Below, in pieces: positions 27,551 through 37,105 of a stretch of 38,026 nucleotides of DNA (its first letter is position 1; the number at the start of each line of letters is the position of its first letter). The notes beneath the pieces are model-generated. The model was not told where the DNA came from. It worked only from the letters and a program-made list of their open reading frames with translations, and searched no databases. Both the position numbers and the translations under genes were made by a program. The stretch spans positions 1-38,026 of IMG/VR virus record IMGVR_UViG_3300018416_000047. One strand, 5' to 3'. Source of the stretch: a virus (lineage: Duplodnaviria; Caudoviricetes).

Positions 27551-28819
27551 TTAGTTATGCACAAATAAAATGCATGGAATCTTCTTGATTTTATCTTCCC
27601 TGCATGAATTAAGGCATTGATCAAAATATTCCCAGTCTGCATTAAATTTTTTACTATTGAAACCAGTTTTTTCGGCTATTGAAGTTTTTATGGCGACAGC
27701 TCCCATATCAATAGACCCTTCCTTTAGTTTAGAATCGCAAAGTCCGTAGGGTTGTATTCTATCAAAGGCTGTGTTACCTGAATGATCGTGAACGCAGTCC
27801 CATATTATAAAATCGCAATCATCATGAATTAATATATTTAAGAAAGAGATCCATTCTGGGACATAATAATTATCGCAATTCGTGATCACCGTATAATCCG
27901 ACTTGAAGGCTGGGTTTTTTAGACCTAATTTACGTAAAGAATGTCCGTAGTCATTATATCTCTCTTTTGTTGCTGAGAAAATAATATTGGGGTGATCTAG
28001 GTATCCGTTTTTAATTAAATCTTTTTTTGTAGAGTCGTAAAGCTCACCTTCGCCATCATGTATTATATGGAGTCTCCAGTTGTCCGCAGTTTGAGATCTA
28101 ATGCTATCAATAAAGCATTTAAGTTTATAGCCATGGTCATAAGTAACAGCGATAATATTAATAATTTTATTTGTTTTTAAATTTTTATTATAAGGTGTTA
28201 TAAACAACTCTTTTGTTGGATGTCCGCCCCATTTATCTATATATAATTTAAGTAACTGATAAAAATTCTTGTTAATGCTTGGGTCGCCGCCATTCTCAGA
28301 GGTAGTTCCACTATTCACGAATGATGTTGGGTTTAAAAAACTATCTTGAACTGTTTTTCTTTTTAAGAGATGTAATCTATACATGTAATCCAAATCTTCA
28401 AAATAAGCAGGATAGAAATCTTCATCGAATTGAGCTTCACTAAAGCAATCTTTAGTTAAAACAAATGAGGATAAATGAAATTGCTTTTGACATTTAATTA
28501 AATCAAATTTTTTATTTTTTATGAATTCATTTAATTCATTTTGTGGGACATCTAATTGAATATCATCATTTAATATTAATGCGTATTCATGTTCTTTGAA
28601 TATTTCTGAGCAAAGCTTGTTCCATGATCGAGCAACACCTAAGTTTTGTTTTGATTTGATGATTTCGAAATTATTTTCTCTAGATTTTATGTTTTGATTG
28701 CCATTGTCTAATATGAATATTTTAACGTTAGGTAAATTCTTAAAGTAAAGGTCTAGGGCTTGATTTAATAAGTCTGCTCTATTTAAAGTTGGTATTCCTA
28801 TGGCAAAGCAAGTTTTCAT
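27551..28819 (-). CDS. Two-domain GT2-like glycosyltransferase
   Basis: Domain 1: IPTLNR, LDNG, NLGVARSWN, LNDD, PAYFEDLDY; domain 2: IIHDG, TNCDNYY, IDMG, ADW, LFVHN. Confidence 0.85.
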   Translation of the reverse strand: MKTCFAIGIPTLNRADLLNQALDLYFKNLPNVKIFILDNGNQNIKSRENNFEIIKSKQNLGVARSWNKLCSEIFKEHEYALILNDDIQLDVPQNELNEFIKNKKFDLIKCQKQFHLSSFVLTKDCFSEAQFDEDFYPAYFEDLDYMYRLHLLKRKTVQDSFLNPTSFVNSGTTSENGGDPSINKNFYQLLKLYIDKWGGHPTKELFITPYNKNLKTNKIINIIAVTYDHGYKLKCFIDSIRSQTADNWRLHIIHDGEGELYDSTKKDLIKNGYLDHPNIIFSATKERYNDYGHSLRKLGLKNPAFKSDYTVITNCDNYYVPEWISFLNILIHDDCDFIIWDCVHDHSGNTAFDRIQPYGLCDSKLKEGSIDMGAVAIKTSIAEKTGFNSKKFNADWEYFDQCLNSCREDKIKKIPCILFVHN

Positions 28820-28827
28820 TTAAAATT

Positions 28828-28856
28828 ATAATAACAAAAAATTAAAATTAAATCAA
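28828..28856 (-). promoter_or_regulatory. sigma70-type promoter, leftward
   Basis: TTGATT-N17-TATTAT with TGn, 8 nt before ATG 28819. Confidence 0.65.
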
Positions 28857-29038
28857 GTTAAATATATTTTAGTTTAAATAGATTAAAAACATAAGCGCGC
28901 ATTATTTTTATCTCCAATAGATTATTCTTCTATAATAGTCTATATTAAATAATAGTATAGAGTATATATGTCTATCCTTTATATTAATAAATTAAAAATA
29001 ATAGTATAATTAAAATACGAAGTATTTTATTTTGAGTA
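28857..29038. other. AT-rich non-coding divergence point, candidate replication origin/control region
   Basis: Largest intergenic gap; gene strand switches here; direct repeat AAATAATAGTATA x2; hairpin TAAAATAC-GAA-GTATTTTA. Confidence 0.4.
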
Positions 29039-29067
29039 TTGACATTTGTATTTTTTTTTGATATTAT
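29039..29067 (+). promoter_or_regulatory. sigma70-type promoter, rightward operon
   Basis: TTGACA-N17-TATTAT with TGn, 9 nt before ATG 29077. Confidence 0.8.
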
Positions 29068-29076
29068 CATTCCCTA

Positions 29077-29376
29077 ATGAAAGAGGAATTAAAAAAATAT
29101 ATTGTATCTTCAGCAGATTGGGAGTTTGAGATAGATGACTTAGATCAATACTCAGCTGCTATATCTGCATTAATTTTTGCATATAGTAAATTTGGGAATA
29201 AACTACTTCTCTCAACCGTAATTATGGTTAACCATAAATCAGATCACAAATTAGGGATTATACATAATTCAGAGTTTTATGCAAGCTCTGAAATCCTAAA
29301 AGAGATTGGTTTGTATAAATTATCTAAAAATTTTATTAAATTTACTGAAAATATTTATGAAATTAAAAATACTTAA
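29077..29376 (+). CDS. Hypothetical protein (99 aa)
   Basis: First ORF after promoter. Confidence 0.75.
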   Translation: MKEELKKYIVSSADWEFEIDDLDQYSAAISALIFAYSKFGNKLLLSTVIMVNHKSDHKLGIIHNSEFYASSEILKEIGLYKLSKNFIKFTENIYEIKNT

Positions 29377-29896
29377 AAATGAAGCAATATTAAATAACCC
29401 AAGTAGGTTTGGTGATGCTGGGTATGATGTAATTGCTGTAGATCAACCTAGGATTATTGGATCTGTTTATCAAGGTTTATATTACACTGCTATATCACAC
29501 ATAGAATATAATACCAAGTTAGTCATTGAGCCAGAAATGGTAGATGAAGATTTTAAATTTTTCATGCTATTATACCCTAGGTCAAGCATAATCAAAACTA
29601 ATTTGGTTTTAGCCAATTCAGTAGGTGTTATAGATTCTGGATACAGGGGTGATGTAAAAGTTTGTTTTAAATATATAGCTCAACCAGAAGATATGAAAAT
29701 AGTAGAGGGCAGGAGTTTCAGGGGGAAAGAGGCAAAGGGTATAGTGACTTCAGTTAACCCCCAAAGGATTTACCAACAAGGAGATAAAATAGCTCAATTA
29801 ATACCTTGCAAACATCTACCTCTTTGTATAGATTATGTTGATGAAATTAATCAAAGCGATAGAGGCTCAGGTGGATTTGGTAGTACTGGAAAATAA
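29357..29896 (+). CDS. dut: Trimeric dUTPase
   Basis: GDAGYD, PRSS, NSVGVIDSGYRG, GDKIAQL, RGSGGFGSTG; start revised to ATG 29357. Confidence 0.95.
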   Translation: MKLKILKNEAILNNPSRFGDAGYDVIAVDQPRIIGSVYQGLYYTAISHIEYNTKLVIEPEMVDEDFKFFMLLYPRSSIIKTNLVLANSVGVIDSGYRGDVKVCFKYIAQPEDMKIVEGRSFRGKEAKGIVTSVNPQRIYQQGDKIAQLIPCKHLPLCIDYVDEINQSDRGSGGFGSTGK

Positions 29897-30510
29897 TGAA
29901 AAATATTAATACAATAGATCTTAATGTATGCTCAGACAATGAATTAGTCTTTAATATACAAAAAAACATAAAAACAGAGAAATGCTTATCCGTATTAATA
30001 GATAGACACTCTGCATTATGCGTAGGCCTAATTAATAAGTTTATAAACAGAGGTTCGAATATCACAATGATGGAAGAGATGATCAAGGAAAAGGATTACC
30101 AAATATATCAATCCGCATTAAAATTTAACCCCAATAAGGGTGCTAAATTTAGCACTTACTTAGGTAATGAAATCAAATGGAAATGCCTAAACTGTTTTAA
30201 TAAATCAATAAAGAGAAACTTCGTTCCGGTAGAAAATGAAAGTGTTCAGTATTTTGCAACAGTAAAGGATCAGGATGAAAATGAAAAAGAAGATATATTT
30301 TCCTTAATAATTAACAATGCCAAATCTCACCCAGACTCCAGAGTTGGAAAAATCTTCAACCTAAGATATGTTGTTGGTAAAAATAATTCAGTAATGCCAT
30401 GGAAGCATGTAAGTGAAAAGATAGGAATGAGCATACAAGGCTGTATTAATATACATAATTCAGCCATTAATAACATTAAACATAAAATAAGAAAGGAAAT
30501 CAATGAATAG
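29896..30510 (+). CDS. Phage-encoded sigma70-family sigma factor (regions 2 and 4)
   Basis: SALKFNPNKGAKFSTYL (region 2.3), IFNLRY...WKHVSEKIGMS..GCINIHNSAINNIK (region 4 HTH). Confidence 0.85.
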   Translation: MKNINTIDLNVCSDNELVFNIQKNIKTEKCLSVLIDRHSALCVGLINKFINRGSNITMMEEMIKEKDYQIYQSALKFNPNKGAKFSTYLGNEIKWKCLNCFNKSIKRNFVPVENESVQYFATVKDQDENEKEDIFSLIINNAKSHPDSRVGKIFNLRYVVGKNNSVMPWKHVSEKIGMSIQGCINIHNSAINNIKHKIRKEINE

Positions 30511-30931
30511 ATACACAGCAATAGGTAACCTTACCAAAGATCCGGTTTGCAGAGATGCTGGAGACAGTAAAGTTTGCAATTTTTCAATAGCCATTAATGA
30601 ATACCATTACAACAATGGATCCAAAAATCAATCTACATTTTATATAGATGTAGAATGCTGGAATAGACAAGCCGAAAATTGTACTAGATTTTTATCAAAA
30701 GGAAATAAAGTTGCAATCGAGGGTAAACTAAAAAGTAATTCCTGGGAAAAGAATGGACAAAAATTCAGCAAGTTTATATGTGTGGCAGATAGAGTTCACT
30801 TTCTGGGGCAAGAAGACCAAGAATCTAAAAATAGCTCTAAAAATAAAAAAGAGCATGTGGTTGAAGAAAATTATCAAAACACAGAATCGGATGAAGAAGA
30901 CTTAGAGGATATAGACGAAATTCCTTTTTGA
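30503..30931 (+). CDS. ssb: Single-stranded DNA-binding protein
   Basis: MNR...GNLTKDP, NFSIAIN, CWNRQAE, KGNKVAIEGKL, acidic tail DIDEIPF. Confidence 0.95.
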   Translation: MNRYTAIGNLTKDPVCRDAGDSKVCNFSIAINEYHYNNGSKNQSTFYIDVECWNRQAENCTRFLSKGNKVAIEGKLKSNSWEKNGQKFSKFICVADRVHFLGQEDQESKNSSKNKKEHVVEENYQNTESDEEDLEDIDEIPF

Positions 30932-30933
30932 TT

Positions 30934-32019
30934 ATGGATAAATTAATATATAAAGGCTCAATTAATTCCCTAAGCTTCGGGAATGTTAGTTATAATTTGT
31001 TAAGAGAAATGTATAGACTTGGCATTAAAGTCTCAATATTTCCAGTTGGAGAAAAGGTGGATATAGAGGCTTTTGATAAAATCGAACAAGATTTTCACTC
31101 GTGGATATTCGGTATGATTAATGATAGATTTAATGGAATATCTAAGGATACCCCTACATTTTCTCAATGGCATATTAGTGGTTCTGAATCTAGAATATCT
31201 AGCCAACAAACCCTCTTAACTTTTCACGAGTTAGACGAGCCAACAGAAATAGAAAAATCAATAGTAAACCTTCAGGATAATTGCATTTTTTCAAGTGAAT
31301 ACTCTAAAAATATTTTTAAAAACGCTGGATGTGATAATGTTAGTTTTGTAAATATTGGGTTCGATGAAGATTTTATAGATTTAAACCTAGACAGAGACAA
31401 TGAACCTATACATTTTGGCATTATGGGTAAATTCGAAAAAAGAAAGAATACTGGTCAAATTATTCATCAATGGGCAAATAAATACGGAAACAACTACGAC
31501 TACCAATTAACTTGCTGTATAGATAATCCTTTTTTTCCTAAAGAGCAAATGGATAAAATTAAAGTTAAGATATTAGGTGGTCAAAAAATTGGGAACATTA
31601 ATTTCCTACCAAGATTAAAAACAAATTCAGAAGTAAATCATTTCATTAACTCTATTGATATCGACCTCAGTGGATTAAGTGGTGCCGAAGGCTGGAATTT
31701 ACCAGCTTTCAATTCTACAGCTCTAGGTAAATGGAGTATAGTAATGAACCATACATCACATAAAGACTGGGCAAATAAAGATAATTGTATTCTTGTAGAG
31801 CCTACTCAAAAAACTGAAGCTTATGACGATATTTTCTTCAAGAAAGGATCGCCATTCAATCAGGGATCAATCAATCAAATATCAGATGATGTTATGATTG
31901 ACTCTTTTGAAAAATCCTTAAAAAAAGCTAGAAAAACTAATGAATCAGGATTACTATTAAAAAGTAAATTTACTTACAAAAAAACCCTTAAAAACATATT
32001 AGATATTATTAAAAAATGA
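30934..32019 (+). CDS. GT-B (GT4-like) glycosyltransferase
   Basis: GIMGKFEKRKN, GAEGWNLPAFNSTALGK. Confidence 0.8.
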   Translation: MDKLIYKGSINSLSFGNVSYNLLREMYRLGIKVSIFPVGEKVDIEAFDKIEQDFHSWIFGMINDRFNGISKDTPTFSQWHISGSESRISSQQTLLTFHELDEPTEIEKSIVNLQDNCIFSSEYSKNIFKNAGCDNVSFVNIGFDEDFIDLNLDRDNEPIHFGIMGKFEKRKNTGQIIHQWANKYGNNYDYQLTCCIDNPFFPKEQMDKIKVKILGGQKIGNINFLPRLKTNSEVNHFINSIDIDLSGLSGAEGWNLPAFNSTALGKWSIVMNHTSHKDWANKDNCILVEPTQKTEAYDDIFFKKGSPFNQGSINQISDDVMIDSFEKSLKKARKTNESGLLLKSKFTYKKTLKNILDIIKK

Positions 32020-32219
32020 AAAAAGATTACTACCTACGTCCAGAAGGAAACAAAATATTCATGTGTTGCGGAAAGGCTAATTGCCCCAGTGTTGAGATTA
32101 ACAGTGAAGGTCTAATTGAAATTAAAGATGATTATGGCAATTCTGTTAAAATGAAAAAAGAAGAAGCTGCATTGATCGAAAAAGCAGTTATAGATTTATC
32201 TAAAAATAATGCTAAATAA
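32016..32219 (+). CDS. Small Cys-motif protein, paralog A
   Basis: MCCGKANCP...IKDDYGNSVKM. Confidence 0.75.
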   Translation: MKKDYYLRPEGNKIFMCCGKANCPSVEINSEGLIEIKDDYGNSVKMKKEEAALIEKAVIDLSKNNAK

Positions 32220-32412
32220 AACGATAATACTTTGCGGACCAACTCATTGTAATCCATGCTGCCCTAAGTTTACAGATAAAGGTAAATATTTTATGATTGA
32301 AGATGATTATAATGATTCGATTAAAATAGATAAAAAAGACATAAATAAATTAATAAAAGATGTTAATAGAATTCTTAGCTTGCATAGGTCTAGTCTGGAT
32401 ACTGAAAGATAG
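32209..32412 (+). CDS. Small Cys-motif protein, paralog B
   Basis: LCGPTHCNPCCP...IEDDYNDSIKI. Confidence 0.72.
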   Translation: MLNKTIILCGPTHCNPCCPKFTDKGKYFMIEDDYNDSIKIDKKDINKLIKDVNRILSLHRSSLDTER

Positions 32413-32680
32413 TTATATCTTTCACGCTCCAAGAGAGTATTTAAAATCTAAATCTAAATACTTAGAAAGACTACTTTCTTGCTCTATGTGCTTAGGTTTT
32501 TGGGTTGGTGTATTACTATCTCTTTTATTGTATTTAGATTCTAATTTTTTAAGTCTCAATCTAATATATTATCCATTCTCTGTGTCTTCATTTTGTTGGT
32601 TTATTGATTCCTTATTAGATCTAATACAGTATCAATCCGCTTTAAGTAAAAGGAAATTTGATTATGAATCTAAAAATTGA
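32360..32680 (+). CDS. Small membrane protein (DUF1360-like)
   Basis: LLSCSMCLGFWVG motif with hydrophobic helices. Confidence 0.65.
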   Translation: MLIEFLACIGLVWILKDSYIFHAPREYLKSKSKYLERLLSCSMCLGFWVGVLLSLLLYLDSNFLSLNLIYYPFSVSSFCWFIDSLLDLIQYQSALSKRKFDYESKN

Positions 32681-33092
32681 TAATAGATATAGTACTTACT
32701 CTATATCTGTAGTATTATATTTACTACACAATAATCAAGCCTACAATGATTTATGGATTTCAAATTACCCTGATACAGAAATACAAGCCAAGAATTATTT
32801 CAAGGATGTAAACTGTGGCTGTCGACCAGTTTTGTTACAAAAATATACAAAACTTAGATTTGATATAGATGTAATGACCGTTGATTTTATTAACAAAAAT
32901 CCTGAATGCATTGAGTTTAATTCTTTTTGCGAAACATATGGTGGTCAAGATTTAAGGGGTAGTATATTTTCTGTTAAAAATAAAGAGTCAGACTTTAAAG
33001 ATTTTATGTCTACTCTTAAAGAAAAAAATGCTAGGTTTAATAGTTTTAATACTATCGTAATTGATGATAAAATTTTAATAACTTTTTTCTGA
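32664..33092 (+). CDS. Hypothetical protein
   Basis: ORF in coupled run, NCGC motif. Confidence 0.7.
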   Translation: MNLKIDNRYSTYSISVVLYLLHNNQAYNDLWISNYPDTEIQAKNYFKDVNCGCRPVLLQKYTKLRFDIDVMTVDFINKNPECIEFNSFCETYGGQDLRGSIFSVKNKESDFKDFMSTLKEKNARFNSFNTIVIDDKILITFF

Positions 33093-33475
33093 TGCCTTTT
33101 TATACCTTTTCTAACCCTAAAACTGGAGAATTTATTGATGTTTTTTTTCATATGAATGACAAAAAAGAATATATTGATGAATTTGGATTACAATGGAACA
33201 GGGAATATCATTCTCCAGAGTTAAATGCAACTGGTAGTAGTGATGCATGGGACAGTAAGAAGTTTGTAGAGAAAACTGGAAGAGGCAGAGGTAAGATGGG
33301 GGATATGTTAGACATGAGTGCAGATCTTTCTAAAGAGAGGGCCTCTCAGAATGGCGGGATTGACCCATTAAAGGAAAATTATTATAAGCGCTACAGTAAA
33401 GAACGCAATGGAGCTATTCACCCAGATAAGAACCCTAAAACTTTCGAAAATAAACATGTCAAAATAGATTTATGA
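33092..33475 (+). CDS. FmdB-like protein with degenerate zinc ribbon
   Basis: MPFYTFSNPKTGE resembles MPxYxYxCxxCG without the cysteines. Confidence 0.55.
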   Translation: MPFYTFSNPKTGEFIDVFFHMNDKKEYIDEFGLQWNREYHSPELNATGSSDAWDSKKFVEKTGRGRGKMGDMLDMSADLSKERASQNGGIDPLKENYYKRYSKERNGAIHPDKNPKTFENKHVKIDL

Positions 33476-34026
33476 GTATACAAATTTACAAACCAAATAA
33501 AAGCAATACTGGATTCGCATTCAGTTTTTACATGGGAGAAAATCAAAGAGATAAATCTCCAGCCCTTTTTATTAATGCAATCGCTCAACACTCCTGGGAT
33601 GACAAAAAAAAATTGGGGTCCTTTTCTGGAAGTAAGAGTGACCCAGAAAAAAATATCTCAATTAAATTTAATGAGTTTGAGTGCGGTTCTATTGTTAGTG
33701 CCATAAATAACAGATTTGAATGGAATACTTATCATGCTTATGAAGAAAATAAAACTCAAATTAAGCTATCCCCTTGGGATAAAGTAATTACTAATACCAA
33801 AATCAACTCTAAAACCAAAGAGAGCTATGAAGAAAAAACAACCATACCAGCTTTTGGAATTGTCATTACTCGTAATGGTAATCAAGTATTTAAAATACCA
33901 ATGGAACCAGGAGAAGCTGAATGTGTAAAGATTTTATGTCAAACAATAATTAGTAAAATATGCTCTAAATCTTCTTATATTCAAAAAAAAGAAATTAAAA
34001 CCGAATCAGAAGAATACGATTTTTAA
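33472..34026 (+). CDS. Putative Whirly/PC4-like ssDNA-binding protein
   Basis: Two beta-rich repeats each ending in a helix (IKFNEFECGSIV; IPMEPGEAECV), N-terminal IYK, acidic tail ESEEYDF. Confidence 0.45.
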   Translation: MSIQIYKPNKSNTGFAFSFYMGENQRDKSPALFINAIAQHSWDDKKKLGSFSGSKSDPEKNISIKFNEFECGSIVSAINNRFEWNTYHAYEENKTQIKLSPWDKVITNTKINSKTKESYEEKTTIPAFGIVITRNGNQVFKIPMEPGEAECVKILCQTIISKICSKSSYIQKKEIKTESEEYDF

Positions 34027-35942
34027 TGTCTAAAAAAAAGATAGTTATACATAGTAATTTTTGTAGAGTAAAAACTGGTTTTGGTAAACATGCAAAACAC
34101 CTTTTAACATATCTATATAAAACAAATAAATATGATATAGTTGAATTTGCTAATGGACGACAATGGAATGATCCAGCTCTTTCAACATTACCTTGGAAGT
34201 CTGTTGGTTCCTTACCTCATGATCCTTCGGTTATCTCTGAAATTAGTTCAAACCAAGAAAAATCAAGACTTGCTGGGTATGGACACTATACAATAGATGA
34301 TTTCATTAAACAAGAACAACCAGATATATATCTAGGTATAGAAGACGTTTGGGGCCTTAATGAATTTTGGTCCAAGATTTGGTGGAAAAAAATCAACTCT
34401 ATAATATGGACTCCGATTGACAGTGTTCCGTTACTAGATAAGCATACTAAGGCCGCAAAAAATACTAAAAACATTATAGTTCAAGCTTCTTTTGCTCAAA
34501 AAGCATTGCAAGAACAAGGTTTTAATAATTCACATTTAATGCCTGTTCCTATTGATGTTTCTAATTTTAATAGGTTAAGTGATAAAAATAGATCAAAGCT
34601 CAGATCTCTATATAATATTAATGAAAAAGATTTTATAATAGGTTTTGTTTTCAGGAATCAACTAAGAAAAAGTGTTCCTAATTTACTTGATGGTTTCTCT
34701 TTGTTCTTAAAAGATAACCCAGATTCCAATGCGAAATTATTATTTCACACTCACTGGTCTGAAGGTTGGGATATACCTAGATTAATTAATGAAAAAAATA
34801 TAGACCCAAAAAATGTTTTAACAACTTATTACTGTGATAAATGTAAACGTTTTGAAATAAAACCTTTCTCTGGTCAAGATTTAGATTGCAGATTTTGCGG
34901 CTCTCAAAAAAGTCAACAAACAAGTCAAGTAACAAGAGGAGTTTCTGAAAATCAATTAAATGAAATTTATAATTTAATGGATGTTTATTGTCATCCATTT
35001 ACTAGTGGGGGTCAAGAAATACCAATCCAAGAAGCAAAACTAACAGAATTAATAACTTTAGTAACTAATTATTCATGTGGAGAAGACTACTCATCTAAAG
35101 AAAGCGGAGGATTGCCTTTAGAGTGGAGCGAGTACAGGGAGCCAGGTACTCAATTTATTAAAGCTTCAACCTGTCCTAAAAGCATCAATAAACAATTATC
35201 TCATGTTTATAATTTACCTAAAAAAGAATTATCTAAAATTGGTAAAAAAGCTAGAGATTTTGTTATTGATTTTTGTTCAATAGAATCTGTATGCTCTAAG
35301 TTTGAGTCTTTGATTGATTCAATGGAAAAAACATCATGGGACTTTGACTTTTCTTATGTCAAAAAAAATCCGAACTATCCAATGCCTGACATAAAAAATG
35401 ATAAAGATTTTGTTATTGATCTTTATAAAAAAATATTAATGTCAGAAAACCCAGAAGTTCAAGATTTAAACGGTGTTAATCAATGGCTAATGAGATTAAA
35501 AAAAGATTTAAGCAGAAAGCAAGTATATGATTTTTTCGTTAAAACTGCTTTAGAAGAAAATCAGGCAAATAACACTATTCCGTTTGAAGAAGTTTTAGAT
35601 AAAAATGACAAAGGTAAAAGAATATTATTTTCTATGCCAGGCAGTTCTATTGACGTTTTAAACTCAACATGTTTACTTAAATATATAAAAGAAAAATATC
35701 CAGAACATAATATATACTATGCATCTCAGCCAGAAAATGAAGAGTTACTTTTTGGTAACCCTTATATTCATAAATTTCTAAACTATAACCCAGTGATGGA
35801 TGACCCTATGTGGGGAGAAGGCAGAGGAACTTATCAAGGTTTTTTTGATTTTGTTTTAATACCCCACACAAATACGCATAAAAACTTCAACTATGTTCAT
35901 GGAAATAAACACAAAATAGAATACGATATAAATTATGCATAA
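34026..35942 (+). CDS. GT-B (GT4-like) glycosyltransferase with inserted CxxC-CxxC ribbon and extra C-terminal domains
   Basis: TGFG, GFVFRNQLRK, CDKC..CRFC, YNLMDVYCHPFTSGGQEIPIQEA; C-terminus resembles a GT9 N-terminal domain (IKEKYP, GNPYIHK). Confidence 0.8.
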   Translation: MSKKKIVIHSNFCRVKTGFGKHAKHLLTYLYKTNKYDIVEFANGRQWNDPALSTLPWKSVGSLPHDPSVISEISSNQEKSRLAGYGHYTIDDFIKQEQPDIYLGIEDVWGLNEFWSKIWWKKINSIIWTPIDSVPLLDKHTKAAKNTKNIIVQASFAQKALQEQGFNNSHLMPVPIDVSNFNRLSDKNRSKLRSLYNINEKDFIIGFVFRNQLRKSVPNLLDGFSLFLKDNPDSNAKLLFHTHWSEGWDIPRLINEKNIDPKNVLTTYYCDKCKRFEIKPFSGQDLDCRFCGSQKSQQTSQVTRGVSENQLNEIYNLMDVYCHPFTSGGQEIPIQEAKLTELITLVTNYSCGEDYSSKESGGLPLEWSEYREPGTQFIKASTCPKSINKQLSHVYNLPKKELSKIGKKARDFVIDFCSIESVCSKFESLIDSMEKTSWDFDFSYVKKNPNYPMPDIKNDKDFVIDLYKKILMSENPEVQDLNGVNQWLMRLKKDLSRKQVYDFFVKTALEENQANNTIPFEEVLDKNDKGKRILFSMPGSSIDVLNSTCLLKYIKEKYPEHNIYYASQPENEELLFGNPYIHKFLNYNPVMDDPMWGEGRGTYQGFFDFVLIPHTNTHKNFNYVHGNKHKIEYDINYA

Positions 35943-37074
35943 ACTAGAAAGCTTAGCTTTATCGTGTGGCTCAAAAATAAACAAGCCATATGTACATAAA
36001 TCTTATTATCCGATTGTCGATGATAATTTTATTTGTGTTTCTCAACAATCTGACATACAATCTAATCTGTATGACTATTTTAATGATGTTATTTTTCACA
36101 TAAAACCATATCTAGATAAAAACAAAATATCAATTTTAGAAGTTGGAAAATCTAATCAAAGTTCATTGTATTATACAAAAGATTTTAGAAACTTAACCTT
36201 TTCTCAGTTAAATTATTTAATTTCTAAATCAAAAGCTTACTTAGGGAATTTTAATTACCTTTCCCATGTTAGCTCTTCATTTAATATTCCTACTGTTTGT
36301 CCATCCAGAAATACATTTATTGAAACTGAAAAACCTTATTGGTCAGATGATACATGTTCAATTTTATATGCGGAAACAAATGATAAACCTATATTTAGTG
36401 ATACTGAAAACCCTAAAACCATAAATAAAGTTAATCCTGAAGTTATGGCTACCAAAATTCTTGACCTCTTAAATATAAAGCATAATTTAAGTAAAATTGA
36501 AACTGTTTTTATTGGCCCAGAATATAACCAAACTATAGTAGACTTAGTTCCAGGAAGATATCTCCCTAACAATTTAAACATAGGTGGCATAATTAATGTC
36601 AGGATGGATAAAAAATTTGATTTAAAGTTCCTGCAGTCTTGTATTAATTTAGATTCTTTTAATATAATTACAGATAAACCTATACCAATAGAAATTCTAA
36701 AAACTTTATCTAATAATTTATCAGCTATAACATATTTCATAGATTCAAAAACTTCTCAAAAAGATATAAGCGAAATGGAATCATCTGGTAAACCTTTAAA
36801 TTTACTAACCAAAGACAAGAAAAACATCTCAAAAATTAGATTAAAATTTCTTGACTATCAAATTAAATTATTTGGCTCTCTAGAGAAAAATGATTTAAAC
36901 GGCGGAGATTATGAAAACTTAAAATTTCTCAGCAAAAGAAATGTAGTTTTTGAAGGTAAAGCTTATAACTCCTACTCTTCTATTTTGTCTGGAGTTAATG
37001 GTCAAGAGGTGAAATATTCTAAGGAACTCTTGGAAGATTTACCTTTTTGTAGAGTTTACAAAGAAATTCCTTGA
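35935..37074 (+). CDS. GT9 (heptosyltransferase)-like protein
   Basis: LTFSQLNYLISKSKAYLGNFNYLSHVSSSFNIPTV resembles GT9 C-terminal motif; TINKVNPE. Confidence 0.55.
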   Translation: MHKLESLALSCGSKINKPYVHKSYYPIVDDNFICVSQQSDIQSNLYDYFNDVIFHIKPYLDKNKISILEVGKSNQSSLYYTKDFRNLTFSQLNYLISKSKAYLGNFNYLSHVSSSFNIPTVCPSRNTFIETEKPYWSDDTCSILYAETNDKPIFSDTENPKTINKVNPEVMATKILDLLNIKHNLSKIETVFIGPEYNQTIVDLVPGRYLPNNLNIGGIINVRMDKKFDLKFLQSCINLDSFNIITDKPIPIEILKTLSNNLSAITYFIDSKTSQKDISEMESSGKPLNLLTKDKKNISKIRLKFLDYQIKLFGSLEKNDLNGGDYENLKFLSKRNVVFEGKAYNSYSSILSGVNGQEVKYSKELLEDLPFCRVYKEIP

Positions 37075-37099
37075 CTTATTTTAATTTATATAGTATCAT
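37071..37099 (+). promoter_or_regulatory. sigma70-type promoter, leaderless
   Basis: TTGACT-N17-TATCAT, 6 nt before ATG 37106. Confidence 0.75.
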
Positions 37100-37105
37100 T
37101 TATCT

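Noticed and set aside
28857-29038. tRNA or structured ncRNA in the large intergenic gap
   Set aside because: Too AT-rich; no cloverleaf or T-loop motif visible
1159-36740. Short ORF-track entries overlapping larger genes (e.g. 1159-1377, 7621-7845, 18403-18654, 23340-23609, 30327-30521, 36336-36740)
   Set aside because: Antisense or alternate-frame shadows of well-supported genes with no motifs or expression signals
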